The notes below the pieces were generated by a model. The model was not told where the DNA came from, did no database searches, and saw only the letters and a program-made list of their open reading frames with translations. Shown here in pieces: positions 63,601 through 64,000 of a stretch of DNA of 64,000 nt (position 1 is its first letter; each line of letters begins with the position of its first letter). Location: positions 1,736,001 to 1,800,000 of the forward strand of contig NW_026782224.1 in the NCBI RefSeq assembly GCF_031769215.1, written 5' to 3'. The DNA comes from Ylistrum balloti (Eukaryota). Both the position numbers and the translations under genes were made by a program.

Positions 63601-63917
63601 AATAGTGTTTGATGACAATTAACTCACCTAATCATGAACTTAATTGGTCATGGGAGATGTTGCTGCTTCTATAAATAAACTCGGTGAATAAGGACAGCTT
63701 TATCATGCTTTTGTCAGATCCTATGTTTGGGAAGGAAACAGAAAAAGAAGAAAAGTTAACGACAGCAGCAACAACAACCACATCAGCATCTAATTCAACA
63801 TCCGCATCATCTAAACCTGTCATTCAACACTCCGAACCAAAACCTGAAAAAGTAGCTGTTAAACGACAGCGACGACAGAAAACAAGTGACACTATCATTA
63901 AGGAGGAGGAGAAGAAG
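60642..63917 (+). CDS. ING1: Inhibitor of growth protein ING1/ING2-like, exons 1-3; gene continues beyond the window (PHD finger not included)
   Basis: Exons 60642-60783, 63098-63301, 63718-63917, phases 1/1/0. ATYLENYLDTMENLPDDLQKIVTQLRELD and LIKCQEIGDEKLHLMAMIIEHIDNRGRQLE form the ING N-terminal helical domain, followed by KRQRRQK (NLS-like). ING1 vs ING2 is not resolvable. Confidence 0.93.
61326..61985 (+). mobile_element. HINE/DINE-like non-autonomous element in ING intron 1
   Basis: Starts TTTTAGGTCACCTGAGACAAAGTC...GATCTATTG (degenerate hairpin), with ...CAAAAATCTTCTTC and duplicated GGGAG.GGGT.AAGTTTA...AAATAGTTCAAACCTGG blocks. Typical mollusc family by eye. Confidence 0.5.
62270..62450. 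repeat. Solo degenerate copy of the pearl-like core repeat
   Basis: AAAATGGCTGAC...CCATCTTGGATTTTG (again at 62820) matches the AAGATGGCTGCC...GCCATCTTG/CCATCTTGGATTTTG core of 12900-13980. Confidence 0.5.
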
Positions 63918-64000
63918 GTATATTGCTTATAAATAGAAGATTTCTGTCTGTGAAGAGCATGAAATATTTTTTCTGTCTTTTGATAATGAGATATTTGAAC

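Overview
Eukaryotic, AT-rich genomic DNA; the gene set and repeat families point to a bivalve mollusc, plausibly a scallop (inference). I could build five spliced genes with GT-AG boundaries and consistent exon phases: FAM114A-family (minus strand, 14 coding exons, ~768 aa), ZMAT2 (plus, 6 exons, 204 aa), an unrecognised ~838-aa gene with an HMG-box-like N-terminus (minus, 5 coding exons), CFAP97 (plus, 2 coding exons, 508 aa) and the first three exons of an ING1/2-like gene (plus, runs off the window). FAM114A/ZMAT2 and orphan/CFAP97 are head-to-head pairs. Mobile DNA includes a decayed mariner (158-1370), a pearl/HINE-type element with seven ~156-bp internal repeats, further HINE-like pieces and a LINE 3' fragment. 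About 24 kb (~38%, hand estimate) consists of ~25 mostly unrelated minisatellite arrays built from local sequence. The most striking observation is that six arrays are amplified copies of the host gene's own functional junctions: four 5' splice sites (up to ~46 copies), one 3' splice site, and the last 52 nt of the FAM114A CDS ending exactly at the stop codon. Two of the donor arrays are in frame and could give repeat-length protein isoforms. All coordinates and counts were read by hand and may be off by a few bases.
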